DNA from: Octopus sinensis
Taxonomy: Eukaryota
Direction: 5' to 3'
DNA length: 64,000 nucleotides
NCBI RefSeq assembly: GCF_006345805.1
Contig: NC_042999.1
Coordinates: 76,570,001 to 76,634,000 of the forward strand
The first letter of the stretch is position 1. Each line of letters opens with the position of its first letter. Positions 27,740-40,239 of this stretch are shown piece by piece. A program made the position numbers and the translations under genes. The notes under the pieces are model-generated. The model made no database searches and was not told the origin of the DNA. It saw nothing but the letters and a program-made list of their open reading frames with translations.

Positions 27740-27982
27740 CAGTAGAATGTACTATGTTCTATCACGTGTAAGGAGTACAGAGATAGCCTGATGGTTGAAG
27801 AAGGCGCATTTAACTCAGACAAATCAAAAATATTTGCTTTAACATAACTTTCGTGTTGCTATCGAAGCTAATCTCAGATGCAGTATAGAAAAAGAATTCA
27901 TAACTTTCAACTTTATTGTTTATTTTCGTTTACTGAAACAATCGACAAACTGTGTGTGTTTGTGTTTGTGTGTGTGTGTGTG

Positions 27983-28020
<38 letters not shown>

Positions 28021-28121
28021 TTGCAAGCGAGAGGAAAACAGAGGTAGACAAATAGGTTGTCAGGTGATACGTCATGGAGCGAGTGAAAGAAAGGTGCAGA
28101 TTGCGAGAGGGCAACTGAAAG

Positions 28122-28696
28122 TATTGGGTTGTATGGAAAGTCCGTGCCGATTTATAGTAGCTTACCTTTCGACTTATTTTAGACCATGGCTGAGTCCATA
28201 AAATAGGATTTTACTACACCTCCATTTAGAGTAGAGTTTAAGCTATCTTTTCGTGGATGAAGGTTTATGTTCATATAACCTGTGTTAATTCAATTCTGTA
28301 ACCCTTTAAAATGGAAGATAAGAAAGTTCATTTTCGGTACTTGATGCTTTGGGAACCAGACAAAAATTGCTACAGCTCGGCTAGGATGTGTTACCCCACC
28401 CTCAATATTCACCAGATAATGCTCCTTCGGATTTCCACTTATTCATGTTTCTGCAGAATAGTCTTAATGGTAAAAATTTCAATTCCTTGAATGACGTAAA
28501 AAGATACCTTGATGGATTCTTTGCCATGAAACCACCTCAATTCTGGGAAGAGGGTATTTTCAAGTTGAAGGAAAGTTGGAGACGCATTGTGTAACAAAAT
28601 GGTGAATATTTGGTTGATTAAAAATGTAATGGCAACTATTTATTGACCTTTTTCTTTCCTTTAAAAATTGACACGAACTTTCCGGACAACCCAATA
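28122..28696 (+). mobile_element. Internally deleted mariner (DD34D) with both TIRs and TA ends
   Basis: TIRs TATTGGGTTGTATGGAAAGTCCGTG and CACGAACTTTCCGGACAACCCAATA; MEDKKVHFRYLMLW fused to LPHPQYSPDNAPSDFHLF..GIFKLKESWRRIV (YSPDLAPSD motif). Confidence 0.92.
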
Positions 28697-29429
28697 CATT
28701 GCAAGGGAGCAAGTGTGTGATTGTTTGTCGGTGTAAAAGAAATTGCTGGAGGGTAGTGATGAATGCCAAAGCCAAAGAAAGTGTTGAAAGAAGAAGATTA
28801 AAATGTTAATGTAAAGTATTATATACATGGATATACACACGAATACACATAAAGCAAGAGTGCTGAGAAGAAAGCATCTGGATAAGACGACGAAAGCAAA
28901 ACGTATAAATTAAGGTGAAAAGGGGAAGAGCGAAAAAAAAATAAGAACTATAAATAATGTATGATTTCTTGAAAACAAGTATGAAATGAAATGGAAACAA
29001 CGTGGTGCAACAGGGTTGATATTTCTTTCACTAATATCTCATTTATATTGGTCAATCAATTCTTCGTCTACATGAAATTTTCTTGTTAGTTTTCTTTTTG
29101 CATCATTCTTTTATTGTAACTGATATTTTGTTTTTGTCTTTGCAACTTCTTTGCCTTTTCTTGTCTTTAACACTTTTTTTTCCTTTTTTTCTTTGTAGCT
29201 TTAACCCGATATGCTAATAGCAGAGGAACTATTTCAAAATTCTCCATTCTAATGACTGAAATTGTTTTAGTTTGTAAAGAACAAAGACTACAAATTATAC
29301 AAATAATAGGAAATTATGCAAGCAATGAAACTGAACAAACAAACATACAAAAATAATTCATGAATAAACAAACTAATTCATATTATCGCACGCATTTATG
29401 ATAAATAACATATTGGGTTTCAGCTGCAC

Positions 29430-29690
29430 ATCTAGAATTTCAGTGTTGAATATGCATCCGCAAGCCTTGCAGCAAGTGTCGCTCATTCATTACTATACAT
29501 CTCAGTAACTTTGGGTACCACCTCTACTGAAACCTACTCATTTCAATCGCCTTTGCTCTATTTGTCATTCCAACAGCATACCACTGTATGCAGCAACTTG
29601 CACTAAGCATTTAAATACTTTATTCGACAATCCGATACTTCTTTTGAACTATCTGTTTTCTGGAACTCCCACCTCATTAATCTTGTATAT
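29430..29690 (+). mobile_element. Decayed L2/Jockey-group LINE 3' remnant
   Basis: VEYAS near 29432 and FWNSHL near 29660 resemble the LEYAS and WNSLP motifs. Confidence 0.35.
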
Positions 29691-30058
29691 TTTCACTAAA
29701 ATATACCGTGCCTATCTTCTGTATCGTCCGGGGGTGGGGGACTGAAAGTGATTGTGTTCACTGCTTTTTTCCCTTATAACTACATTGTAAAAAGAAGAAA
29801 AAAAGCGAGCAGTGTAGTGCAACAGGAAGATCTCAAGAAATTTTCACAACACTGGTTCAATTCTCATTTGAAGATATTTTATTTTCTTGATCGTTAAGGC
29901 ATTATCATCATAACATCAGGAATCATGTTTTTAAAGAATATCTGTAAAAAAACCATTATGGCCATAACATTATGACTCACTGCCCCTAAAGAAAAAGGAG
30001 CTACTTTAAAAACTGCGGTTAACCTCGGTTTTTGTAATATTCTGAAATGATAGTAACT

Positions 30059-30172
30059 TGATAATTGATCATCCACTGGTCAATTATCACATTGCTATTG
30101 ATAATTATCAAGTTACAATTATTAAGTTACATTGTCGTTGATAACTGATCATCTATTGAGAGTGGCAGATAA
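30059..30172. promoter_or_regulatory. Cluster of six WGATAA sites in nested palindromes
   Basis: Sites at 30059, 30084(rc), 30099, 30105(rc), 30139 and 30167; outer inverted repeat GTAACTTGATAATT/AATTATCAAGTTAC. Confidence 0.25.
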
Positions 30173-30769
30173 AATTCAGGCGAGCTGAAAAGGCGTTAAT
30201 AAAATTATTGCTTTAAACTATAAATATTTTTCGAAAAAAGATCACTAACATCAAAATAGTGTAATGATCTTTCTCTAACACTAACAGAAAAAAAATTACT
30301 AAATCGCACAAGAACAACATGAAAATTAAATCTTCAAAGTAGCTTAAATGTTTGTAGTCATAATCTCTAAAATCTCTCATAACGACAAACATATACAATA
30401 TTACCAATAGATGCATCACAAACAGTGATATACTCCATCATAGGTAGAACACTGCAGTTACTGAACCTATGCAAATTTCATATAACAAACCTAGTACTGT
30501 TTACATCAGTTAGACTGTGACGCTACATACGCCAGCACACATGCACACAAATACACACACATTATATGAGCTATTACCATATTTCCCCTATTGTCCTGTG
30601 CCTTAAGGTTATCTTCCACAGTCATATATAGTATATGCCACGTATACTGCATGTTATATATGTCACATGTTATAGAAATTAATTTATGTACATCATATTA
30701 ATATACATTGCATATTAGGAAAGCTTAGTCATCTCTTAATTTCTGATAACAATCATATACATATACAGA

Positions 30770-31140
30770 ATGGTCATCATCGACATCGCGTACCCTGGAG
30801 ACAGCAGAATTGTCGCAAAGGACAGAGAAAAAGACACGAGATATGAAGCTCGGAAGAGAGAAATCGAAAAAGCCATAGTCAATGGAAAACGGTAAGTATT
30901 TTGTCAATAATTTGTGCCTTGGGTTCAGTGAGCAAAGATATTGATAAGTGGTTGGAAAAGATGGGCATAAAAAATGAAAACAGAGCACATCCAGAAAACA
31001 GCATTATTTGGCATGCCACAAGTCTCCGCAAAGTTCTTGGGAATTGGAAAGAACATGCCGCCTTTCTTCACGCTAAGTGAATACCTGGTACACTAAAGAC
31101 ATTATCAAGAAGTTGAAATGCTAGATATAATAATAATAAC
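30770..31140 (+). mobile_element. R4/Dong-like RLE 3' end (family 1) with (TAA)n tail
   Basis: MVIIDIAYPGDSRIVAKDREKDTRYEARKREIEK; CALGSVSKDIDKWLEKMGI; ends ATAATAATAATAAC. Confidence 0.85.
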
Positions 31141-31169
31141 ACTTGCAACCAGTTAAGAGCAGAAGCCAT

Positions 31170-31649
31170 GAGAGCCACTGATTAGAAGTGTTATCATGAG
31201 AAGTGGTATTGAGAAATCAGCAGTTACTCGATCCAGATTACAAGTTTACGTATATACCTGCAAATTATTGGGGCCCTGGGATATGTAACACACCACCTAA
31301 ACACCAATCTTGAAAAATTAGGCTTCTCAAAACCAGAAAGGAGAAAGCTAATTCGAAGACTTTAGCTCCAATCCATCACTGGAACTGTAAAAATCTGTTT
31401 AGATATGCAATGGGAATACATGTGTAAAACAAAAAATACAAATCTGCACACATGCATACATACATACATACATACATACATACATACATACATACATACA
31501 TACATACATACATACATACATACATACATACAAAACTACGCTGTTGTTGATGTTGAAATTCCAATGAAGGACATTGGATCTAGGTTAGATACCGGCTATT
31601 ATTGGCAAAACATCTTGAAATAAAACTGAATAATACATACATACATACA

Positions 31650-31680
<31 letters not shown>
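31170..31680 (+). mobile_element. R4/Dong-like 3' end (family 2) with microsatellite-bearing 3' UTR
   Basis: QLLDPDYKFTYIPA/IIGALGYVTHHLNTNLEKLGFSKPERRKLIRRL; UTR GTTGTTGATGTTGAAATTCCA..ATCTTGAAATAAAA shared with the copy at 44760. Confidence 0.82.
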
Positions 31681-31711
31681 GTACACACACACACACACAC
31701 ACAAAGGGTGC

Positions 31712-31900
31712 AGGCTGCCAGAATCGCTCACGCGCCGTACGAAATGTTTATCGGCATTTCCTCCGTCTATATGTTCTGAGTCTAAATTCCGTCGAGATTG
31801 ATTTTGCTTCTCGTCCTCTCGGGGTATGATGATATAACTACTACCAGAGCACTTACCCCAGCATCCGAAATCACTGGCGTTCAGCTAATATTTGAAATTC
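31712..31900 (+). mobile_element. Family-A tRNA SINE
   Basis: GGCTGCCAGAATCGCTCACGCGCCG..GTTCTGAGTCTAAATTCCGTCGAG..TCCTCTCGGGGT. Confidence 0.75.
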
Positions 31901-31919
31901 TTCTATACATTTATAGAAG

Positions 31920-32077
31920 CAGGCGTATCTGTGCGGTAAGAAGCTTGTTTCCCAACCACATGGTTCCAGATTCACTTCCATTGTGTGGCACGTTGGGCAA
32001 GTGTCTTCTACTATAGCCTTGGTCCGGCCAAAGTCTTGCGAGTGGATTTGGTAGACAGAAGCTGAAAGAAGCTTGTC

Positions 32078-32120
<43 letters not shown>

Positions 32121-32245
32121 TGTATATATTTATGTATGTGTGTTTGTGATTGTCCCTGTTTACGTCCCTCTAACTTAGCGGTTCGGTAAAGGTAATCGAT
32201 TGAATAAGCACTAGACTTACACAGAATAAGTCCTGGGTTATCTAT
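31920..32245 (+). mobile_element. Family-B CORE-like SINE, near full length, internal (TA)n
   Basis: tRNA head GTGCGGTAAGAAGC..GGTTCCAGATTCAC, CORE-like GCACGTTGGGCAAGTGTCTT, internal (TA)n, 3' body AACTTAGCGGTTCGGTAAA. Confidence 0.85.
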
Positions 32246-32754
32246 ATAAACACCATATATACACACATGCATATTTACATATACATGCACATACATCTGC
32301 ACACTTAGCCACATCGACACATCCACCCTAGGCACATATGACCAGCCGATATCATACAACTTGTCAACCGCGTTATATTTCACCTACTCCATTGCACGCA
32401 AATTCTTCCTTCATCTTGTCCTCCTTAGAACGACAAGCACGGCCAATGGCATAGACAAACAGTGAGACAAAGGGACTGACTCTCAGACTGGGGGATAAAC
32501 AGACAGACAGATAGATATTGGACAGGCAGGCATAGACGAAGAGACGATCGCTGAATGGACAGACAGATAGATCTCAATGTAGAAAGAAGAAATATATAAC
32601 ACAACTTCACGACGTTTGAATAATTATACATATTAGACTTTATCATTAACTTAAGTGCTAATCAGAAATCATATACATATGTGTGTGTGCGTGTGTGTGT
32701 GTGTTTCTGTATATAATAATATATATATATATATATATATAATATATATATATA

Positions 32755-32990
32755 TACATACAAAATCATACAGAGAGAGAGGAGAGATATATGCATGTGT
32801 GTATTCTCTTGACAATATATAATATATATATACATACAAACATACATACAGAGAGAGAGGAGAGATATATGCATGTGTGTATTCTCTTGACAATATATAT
32901 ATATATATATATATATCATACAAACATACATACAGAGGGAGAGGAGAGATATATGCATGTGTGTATTGTCTTGACAATATATATATATAT
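32755..32990 (+). repeat. Three tandem copies of a ~70-bp unit separated by (TA)n
   Basis: CATACAAACATACATACAGAGAGAGAGGAGAGATATATGCATGTGTGTATTCTCTTGACAATATA at ~32755, ~32831 and ~32917. Confidence 0.93.
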
Positions 32991-33244
32991 ATGCTGTATG
33001 TAGGACAGACGGGACGCCGGTTGTCCGACCGTTTCACTGAACACTTGAGGGACGTTCGCCTACACTCTTTTTCTCCCGTCGCACGCCACTTCCGCTCGGC
33101 CGGCCATTCCCTAGATGACATCTCAGTGTTTGGTCTCGCCCCCACCATGGTCGCCCACTTTCCAGGCTCCACTTGGAGCAACGCTACATCTTCACCCTAC
33201 AAACTACCACCCCACACGGACTTAACACAGCCCCCTCCTCTTGA
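32991..33244 (+). pseudogene. GIY-YIG endonuclease C-terminal fragment of a PLE
   Basis: LYVGQTGRRLSDRFTEHLRDVRLHSFSPVARHFRSAGHSLDDISVFGL then, after a frameshift, RLHLEQRYIFTLQTTTPHGLN*; matches the Y(V/I)G.T.R.L..R..EH, A.HF...GH and E..I..L.T..P.GLN motifs. Confidence 0.9.
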
Positions 33245-33269
33245 GATCCGTTTTTTTTTTTTTTTTGTG

Positions 33270-36010
33270 GACACACCACCCACACCCACCCACCCACCTC
33301 CCACACGCACACACCCACACACCTACCTCCCACACCCACCCACCCACCTACCTCCCACACGCCTGTTCACACACACACATACGTAGACCCATCTACGTAC
33401 ATACATTCACACATTTAATCACACACACTTACAGACATACTAACACCACTAACATACAAACCAACATGCACATACACACACACATACATACATACGCACA
33501 CACATACACATACTTACACACACACACACACACACAGACATACATACACACATACACACACACATACATACGCACATACATACACACACACTCACACACA
33601 CACACACCGCACGTACATACTTCACACACACACATGCAAACATACATGTAGGCACATACATACATACATACCTACACATGCACACCCTTACACTGAATGC
33701 ACACACACATACACCTTTTTGCATCCAGGCAGCCCCCCCCTCTTTTCTGCTTTCCGGTTTTGGCTGATGGATCCTCGGTTCCCGCGTAGCGGGGCGTTCG
33801 AGGGCCTTTGCGCTCGCGCGCCTTGGCGCGCGCTGGGGGCTTGGTCGGCCCCTTGGGCTTGCGTTGTACTGCTTGTGCGTTGTGTGCGTGAGCGCGCTTC
33901 GTGTGTGGGCTTGCTTCGGATGTGCGCGTGCGTATGTATGCATACATACCCACACACTCGCATGCATCCCTACCCACATACATACACGCACACCTACTCA
34001 CACACACACATACACACACATACCTGCACACACACACACACATACATACATACACATACATACCTACTTCAGACATACACACACACAGACATACACCCAT
34101 ACACTCACACTCACACGCATACACACACACACATACACACGCACACGTACACATACACACACACACACCTACATACATACATTACACTTGTATACACACA
34201 CACTTACATTCATACACACACACACCTACACAGCCATACCCTCACTCAGACACACACATCTACCTACACACACACAAACACACACGGACACACACCCATA
34301 CATACATACATCTACACACACACGCCTACACACATACATACACACATACATAAACACACACACATACACATATACACACATACGCACACACACATATACT
34401 TATACACATGCACACACACACATACATACATACACCCATATACATACACACACACATACCCACATACTCCTATACGCACATACATACACACAGACATACA
34501 CACATACACACTCACACAAACATACACATACACATACTTACACACACACTCACCTGCACGCGCACACACATGCATGACAAACACCCATACACTCACACTC
34601 ACATACGCACACACCAACATAAACACGCACACGCACACACACACCTACACTCCCACACACATACACACGCACCTACATACACACACGCACGCATACACAC
34701 GCATACACACATACATTACACACGTACACACACACCTACATACACATGCATACACACACACACACAAACATGCACGGACACACCCAGACATACACACATA
34801 CACCTATATACACACACCCACACACCTACATACACACACATATACACACGCCCACACACCTACATACACACACATACATACACACACATACACGGACACA
34901 CCCATACATACTTACATACATACACCTATACACACACGCCTACACACCTACATACACACACATGCATACACACACACACACATGTACGCACATACACACA
35001 CATATACGCACATACATATATACCCACACACATGCACACACACACACACATACGCACACGCATGCATGCATGCATGCACACGCGCACACCTACACGCATA
35101 CACACACACACACGCACGTACACATACATACATACACACACGCATACATACACCCATACACATACATGCATCCTACACACACATACATACACACTCACAC
35201 ATACATACACACACACACTCACTCACACACCTGTATGTACGCGCACACACATGCACATACACACACTTCCCCACACCCACACGTACATACATACACACTC
35301 ACACACATACACACACACACACACACACACGGACATACATCTATGCACACACATACATACACACATACTCACATACATTCATCGGACACACTGCCACCCG
35401 GACATACACACAGACACACTCACACATCCACACACATACATACTTACGCACATACTCGCAGGCGCGCGCACGCACGCGCTTGCGCCGGTTCGCGCACGCA
35501 TACGCGCCGCAGGCACCTCGCTCTTGGACCCGACAAGACCTCCCGCCCGTTCCTGGGACCGTCGCGTGTCGTTGGGTTTTCCCACGCCCGTCTCCGCGGG
35601 ACCACTCTTCCATCTTCCCCTCAGCTGGAGTCCTTTTTCCTTAACCCCCCCCCTTTTTCGTTACACACACGCGCACACATATACACACATTGCTTAAATA
35701 TATACATTACTCTTACACACATTCAATCTACTCGCCATTTATACCACCACGACACTGGACACACACACTACTACTCAACACACGCTGGCACGCTACATAC
35801 GCCCCCACCCCTTCCTCCCTTCCTCCTTCCTTCTTTTTCTTACTACTGACCTTTGTCTGCTAAGCTGACCAGTGTCTCGCCCTACCTCACACGCCTACAC
35901 ACAGACGCACACACTAACACACACATATATATTTTTTTGTTTTTTCATCTCGCCTCACACACACACATACACACACGCACACGCACACACTCACACATAC
36001 ACACACATCT
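33270..36010. repeat. ~2.7-kb degenerate CA/CATA tract with two GC-rich islands
   Basis: Read directly; islands at ~33715-33930 and ~35450-35660. Confidence 0.9.
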
Positions 36011-36177
36011 GTTGCGTTACCAACCTTGTCTCCACTCTTTTGCCTTTAAAAACCCACTTTGCTCTGTTTTCGTAAACATCCGCCTTTCACCATGTGCAAC
36101 TCGGAAACACCAGTCGTCTTTTTTCTCTTTCCCTGTTGCCCGCTCTGGGATCTTTCTTTCCTCTCTCTTCTTTCTTT

Positions 36178-36216
36178 ATGTTTCCGACGAAGAGCTCCGC
36201 TCGAAACGTCATACCT
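36178..36216 (+). ncRNA. Minimal type I hammerhead ribozyme, U4C variant
   Basis: TTT-CCGACGA-A-GAGC-TCC-GCTC-GAAA-CG-TC|ATAC: core with C at position 4, 4-bp stem II, palindromic ACGT stem III, GUC site, imperfect stem I. Confidence 0.65.
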
Positions 36217-36317
36217 CCCTGCTTCCATTTCCTGAGCGCCTATTAATAATAATACTGTAATTGTTCCATTGTTGTTGTTTTTTTGTTTCCCGTTTGGATT
36301 AAAATTATATATATATA

Positions 36318-36376
36318 TACATACAAACATACATACAGAGAGAGAGGAGAGATATATGCATGTGTGTATTCTCTTG

Positions 36377-36385
<9 letters not shown>
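36318..36385 (+). repeat. Fourth copy of the ~70-bp unit (right flank of the PLE)
   Basis: Matches copy 2 at ~32831. Confidence 0.93.
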
Positions 36386-36420
<35 letters not shown>

Positions 36421-36784
36421 TATCCATCGACTATGCTTCTGTTTAAGCACGTTAGCGCAAGTAACAGAAAGTCGAGATATGTAATTAATTAATGTACATA
36501 GTATTAGTTTTTTTGAGATACTTACAGATATATTAATTATGTTTATTTACTTAATTAAATATCAACCTCCTCATATTTCTACATGGAATTAGTGTCTACA
36601 TTCATAATCAATAAATAATATATCTATATAGCTATATCCATCAAAACACACACACACACATACATGCACACACAAACACCTATTTATAAAATTATATACA
36701 GACATTTCTGTGCATACGTGTGTGTATATGTAGATATATACACGAGCCGTATTATGACTGTCGAAGAGACTACTCATCATTGAC

Positions 36785-36867
<83 letters not shown>

Positions 36868-36899
36868 ATATATATATATAACATATGTATACCCTTATC

Positions 36900-37460
36900 G
36901 CCATTTGCATTCACCATCCCTTGGAGTGATGGTGGTTCATCTAACAATTCTCCTCCATTCATCTCTAACTTCTGCTGCACTTATTAATTGTTACATCTTC
37001 AATCCTGTTATCTCTATAATGTAATCAATCCTGTTCTTTATTCTTGGGTCTTCCTAGATACATACAAAGACTCTTTTGTATGAACACAGGAAGAGATGAG
37101 ATAGATTAATCAGAATTAGATGTATTGGCATCGCTATACATATTTAGGTCTCTATAAGTAGTAAACATTTTCATAGCTATTAGAATTTGAGAAAATTCAT
37201 TTTAACGTCTGTGTTTAGACTGGAATACTTAACATTGATGGCTTCCTCCAGACACTATGTATTAGTGAAAGTGAAATGTAACTTATACACAAACAGAAAC
37301 ATATTAAAGACTTGACTAGATCTTCGATCGTATTCTACAGTGCTTTCCGGCACTTACATTAAAATATTGAGATATTTTCCTTGGCTTATATTCCTACGGA
37401 CATAATATTTGAATGCAAGATCCAGTAAGGTCTCTTCACTGATATAACACGCTACCCATC
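36900..37460 (-). mobile_element. Decayed RTE-type LINE 3' remnant
   Basis: LGRP..IDYIIEITGLKM*QLISAAEVRDEWRRIVR matches the RTE C-terminus; upstream RRNISQGKYLNIL..ST.EY is colinear with the RTE RNIS..LY motif. Confidence 0.55.
37358..37459 (-). CDS. Candidate frame-preserving 102-nt internal exon, WVACYISEETLLDLAFKYYVRRNISQGKYLNIL
   Basis: Acceptor TTTTCTTCTTTTCTCTGTTTATTTCTAAATAG, donor AAT|GTAAGT, a single open frame; overlaps the RTE remnant. Confidence 0.3.
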
Positions 37461-38269
37461 TATTTAGAAATAAACAGAGAAAAGAAGAAAACGGACACAA
37501 GAAACGTGAAAACTGGAGGGTGAAATGTGGGATACGCAATAACTGAAAAGTAGCTATAGCCATTGTTAGAACACTGTTGATCATAGTTCTGCTTAATCAA
37601 AGACCTGGTACTAAACACCAAGAATATTAAAATGCGGTTATTAATTTGTGTGCGTGTGCACTAGTTTATGTTTGCGTATGCAAGTGTAACCAAGACAACA
37701 TCTTCCCTATTAGGCGTGATGTGTATCTTAGTTAATTACTTTTCTTTCAGCTCTTTTTCACACGGATTTATTTACATTCTGGTAAGAGGATTATATTTCG
37801 AATTAAGTACTGTCGGGATACGTTTAACATTATAATAGTAAATCCTGAGAACCATATGTACTAAAGTAATCCAAAATAAACAAAATTAGTAATTAAGAAT
37901 AATTTAAGCGTTTCCAAGATTTCTCAAACGTTTTCATACGAACTATTCTAAGTTGATAATCTATGGTATTAATCTACATAGGTATTTTCCAGTGATGAGT
38001 CTACATGCCGTCCATAAACTATTAAGCTTTCTTATCTCAAAGGATTTGTAAAGTAAAATAGAAACTAGAAAATTCAAAATGAAAATTTTCTTTTATTCAT
38101 TCTTTTATCTTTTCCAATTGTTTCTGCCAAATTCCGTGTCTTGCCTTCTTTCTTAAGCTTACATATGCCATCATATTCAACTAGATATCGTACAATACTC
38201 CATAAAACGAATTATTTAATTTTTAAACAATACTTTTTCCCATTATCCTGCAGGCAGGCAGGCAGGCAC

Positions 38270-38303
<34 letters not shown>

Positions 38304-39082
38304 ACATATACATATATGGACAGAAAACGGATAGATAGGGAGATAGATAGATAGGCAGACAGACAGACAGACGTATGTGGTAACGTACGTATCTATCTGT
38401 GTATGTATGTATCTATCCACCTACAGTAGGCCGGCAGGCAGGCAGGCAGGTAGGCAGGTATGTATGTATGTATGTAGGTAGGTATGTATGTATGTATGTA
38501 TGTATGTATGTAGGTAGGTAGGTAGGTAGGTAGGTAGGTAGGTAGGCAAGCAAGTTTGAAAATGAATATCTATGTTTCAAATAGGTGTATGTTCATGCTT
38601 GTGTACCTGTCTGTGTGTGGGCATAATATATAAGTGTGTCGATAGAAACTTTATAAGTTCACTGAAGAATAACTAAAGATGCCGAATGTCTGCATAATTG
38701 TATCCATTAGGTTTCATATAGTAAAGTATCGGCTCACTTCTCAACCCAGTCGTTTGTTTCAGTTCTTCAATTCTTCAAATTGGTTACAGAAGACGATTTC
38801 TCCAAGAAAACTAAAATATTAAATGGGGTGATCGAATTTAAATTTCATGTAAATAGTGGTTCAATGTTATCTGATCAGACAGTTTTGATGGATGGAATAT
38901 AAATATTAAGAATATAGATTTCAGATTTGTGCCTCATTGAATCTAAATGGTCTCAACAGCTAACATTCATATACACATACATATATACAGACATGTGCTA
39001 CATACGTATGTATGTATGTATGTACATACGTACATACATACATACATACATACATACATACATACATACATACATACATACA

Positions 39083-39116
<34 letters not shown>

Positions 39117-39202
39117 CCCGTGCGTGCAATGCTCAAAGGATCGACATTTGAAGAAAATGTTCATCCAATTATGCAAATTAAAATCCTATATATATATGTG
39201 TG

Positions 39203-39233
<31 letters not shown>

Positions 39234-39839
39234 TCAAATACTCACACACGCACACATATGTAGACAGATAGAGACAGATATAGGAGGGAGGGAGAGGGGG
39301 ATGGGGAAAGAGAGAGAGAGAGACTTCTCCTGGAGATAAGGGATAACTGCGTACTGTTCACTCCGAAGTTATTACAGTCTTTCTTCCTATTTTGATACCG
39401 GTGTAGAGGGCAAAACATTTGAGGTGATATGAGTGATGCCTTGATCAGAAAACTTACACAGCTTTCAATGTCGAAATTTTAGTGTCGCCGAAAATTTATA
39501 ACGAGCCTTTCCTTTTGCTTCGTAATGATGCCAACCTCTTTTTGCAGGTCAAATGGCTCGTAGTTGTTATAGTTTTATCTATGAGCATTGGATTGATTTC
39601 AGCTTAATATTCTTTTACTTTTTCAGTCATTTGACTGCGGCCATGCTGGAGTACCGCCTATAGTAGAGTAAATCGACCCACCCAGGACTTATTCTTTGTA
39701 AGCCTAGTACTTATTCTATCGGTCTCTTTTGCCGAACCGCTAAGTTACGGGGATATAAACGCAACAGCATCGGTTGTCAATCGATGTTGGGATACAAACA
39801 CATACACGCAAACGTATACACACACATACATATATATGT

Positions 39840-39877
<38 letters not shown>

Positions 39878-39879
<2 letters not shown>

Positions 39880-40239
39880 CAATAATAAATCTCTAAGCGA
39901 GGTATAAACAGTAACTGCTCTGTAATATAAGCGGGACCAGCCATCTGAATGTGGCTAGGGACAGGGCGGGGTGGTGGGGGTGTTACTGATGCATTTAGCC
40001 CTAGGCGACTATAGACGTCACCAGGAGAGCCGACACCATCACGGTGTCCTTGCTAGCCTTTAAAGGGAGATCAGCTTCCCCGAAGATACGGATGCTACAC
40101 ACGGACCGGTTTCGAGGTGGTCGCCTCTCGTCAGCGCATGGCAAGCACCGTTCTTCGTTGAGGGACTTCCTCTACAAGCTAGAATATATAGATTTTCACT
40201 GTAAACACAGTCACTGGCGTCGAAAATTATCGAACAGAT

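Larger units (their letters stand above)
32993..36305 (+). mobile_element. 5'-truncated Penelope-like element (GIY-YIG to hammerhead-bearing tail), interrupted by a CA-rich tract
   Basis: GIY-YIG fragment at the left, minimal hammerhead at 36178-36216, (TA)n and the same 70-bp unit on both sides. Confidence 0.75.

Noticed and set aside
32755-32990. Repeat-spacer pattern resembling a CRISPR array
   Set aside because: Eukaryotic context, spacers are just (TA)n, and no cas genes.
33719-35644. 641-aa His/Thr-rich ORF and overlapping long ORFs
   Set aside because: Degenerate CA/CATA repeats rarely produce stop codons; several frames and both strands are open at once.
38738-38810. Minus-strand AG..GTGAG exon-like segment
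   Set aside because: Stops in all three frames.
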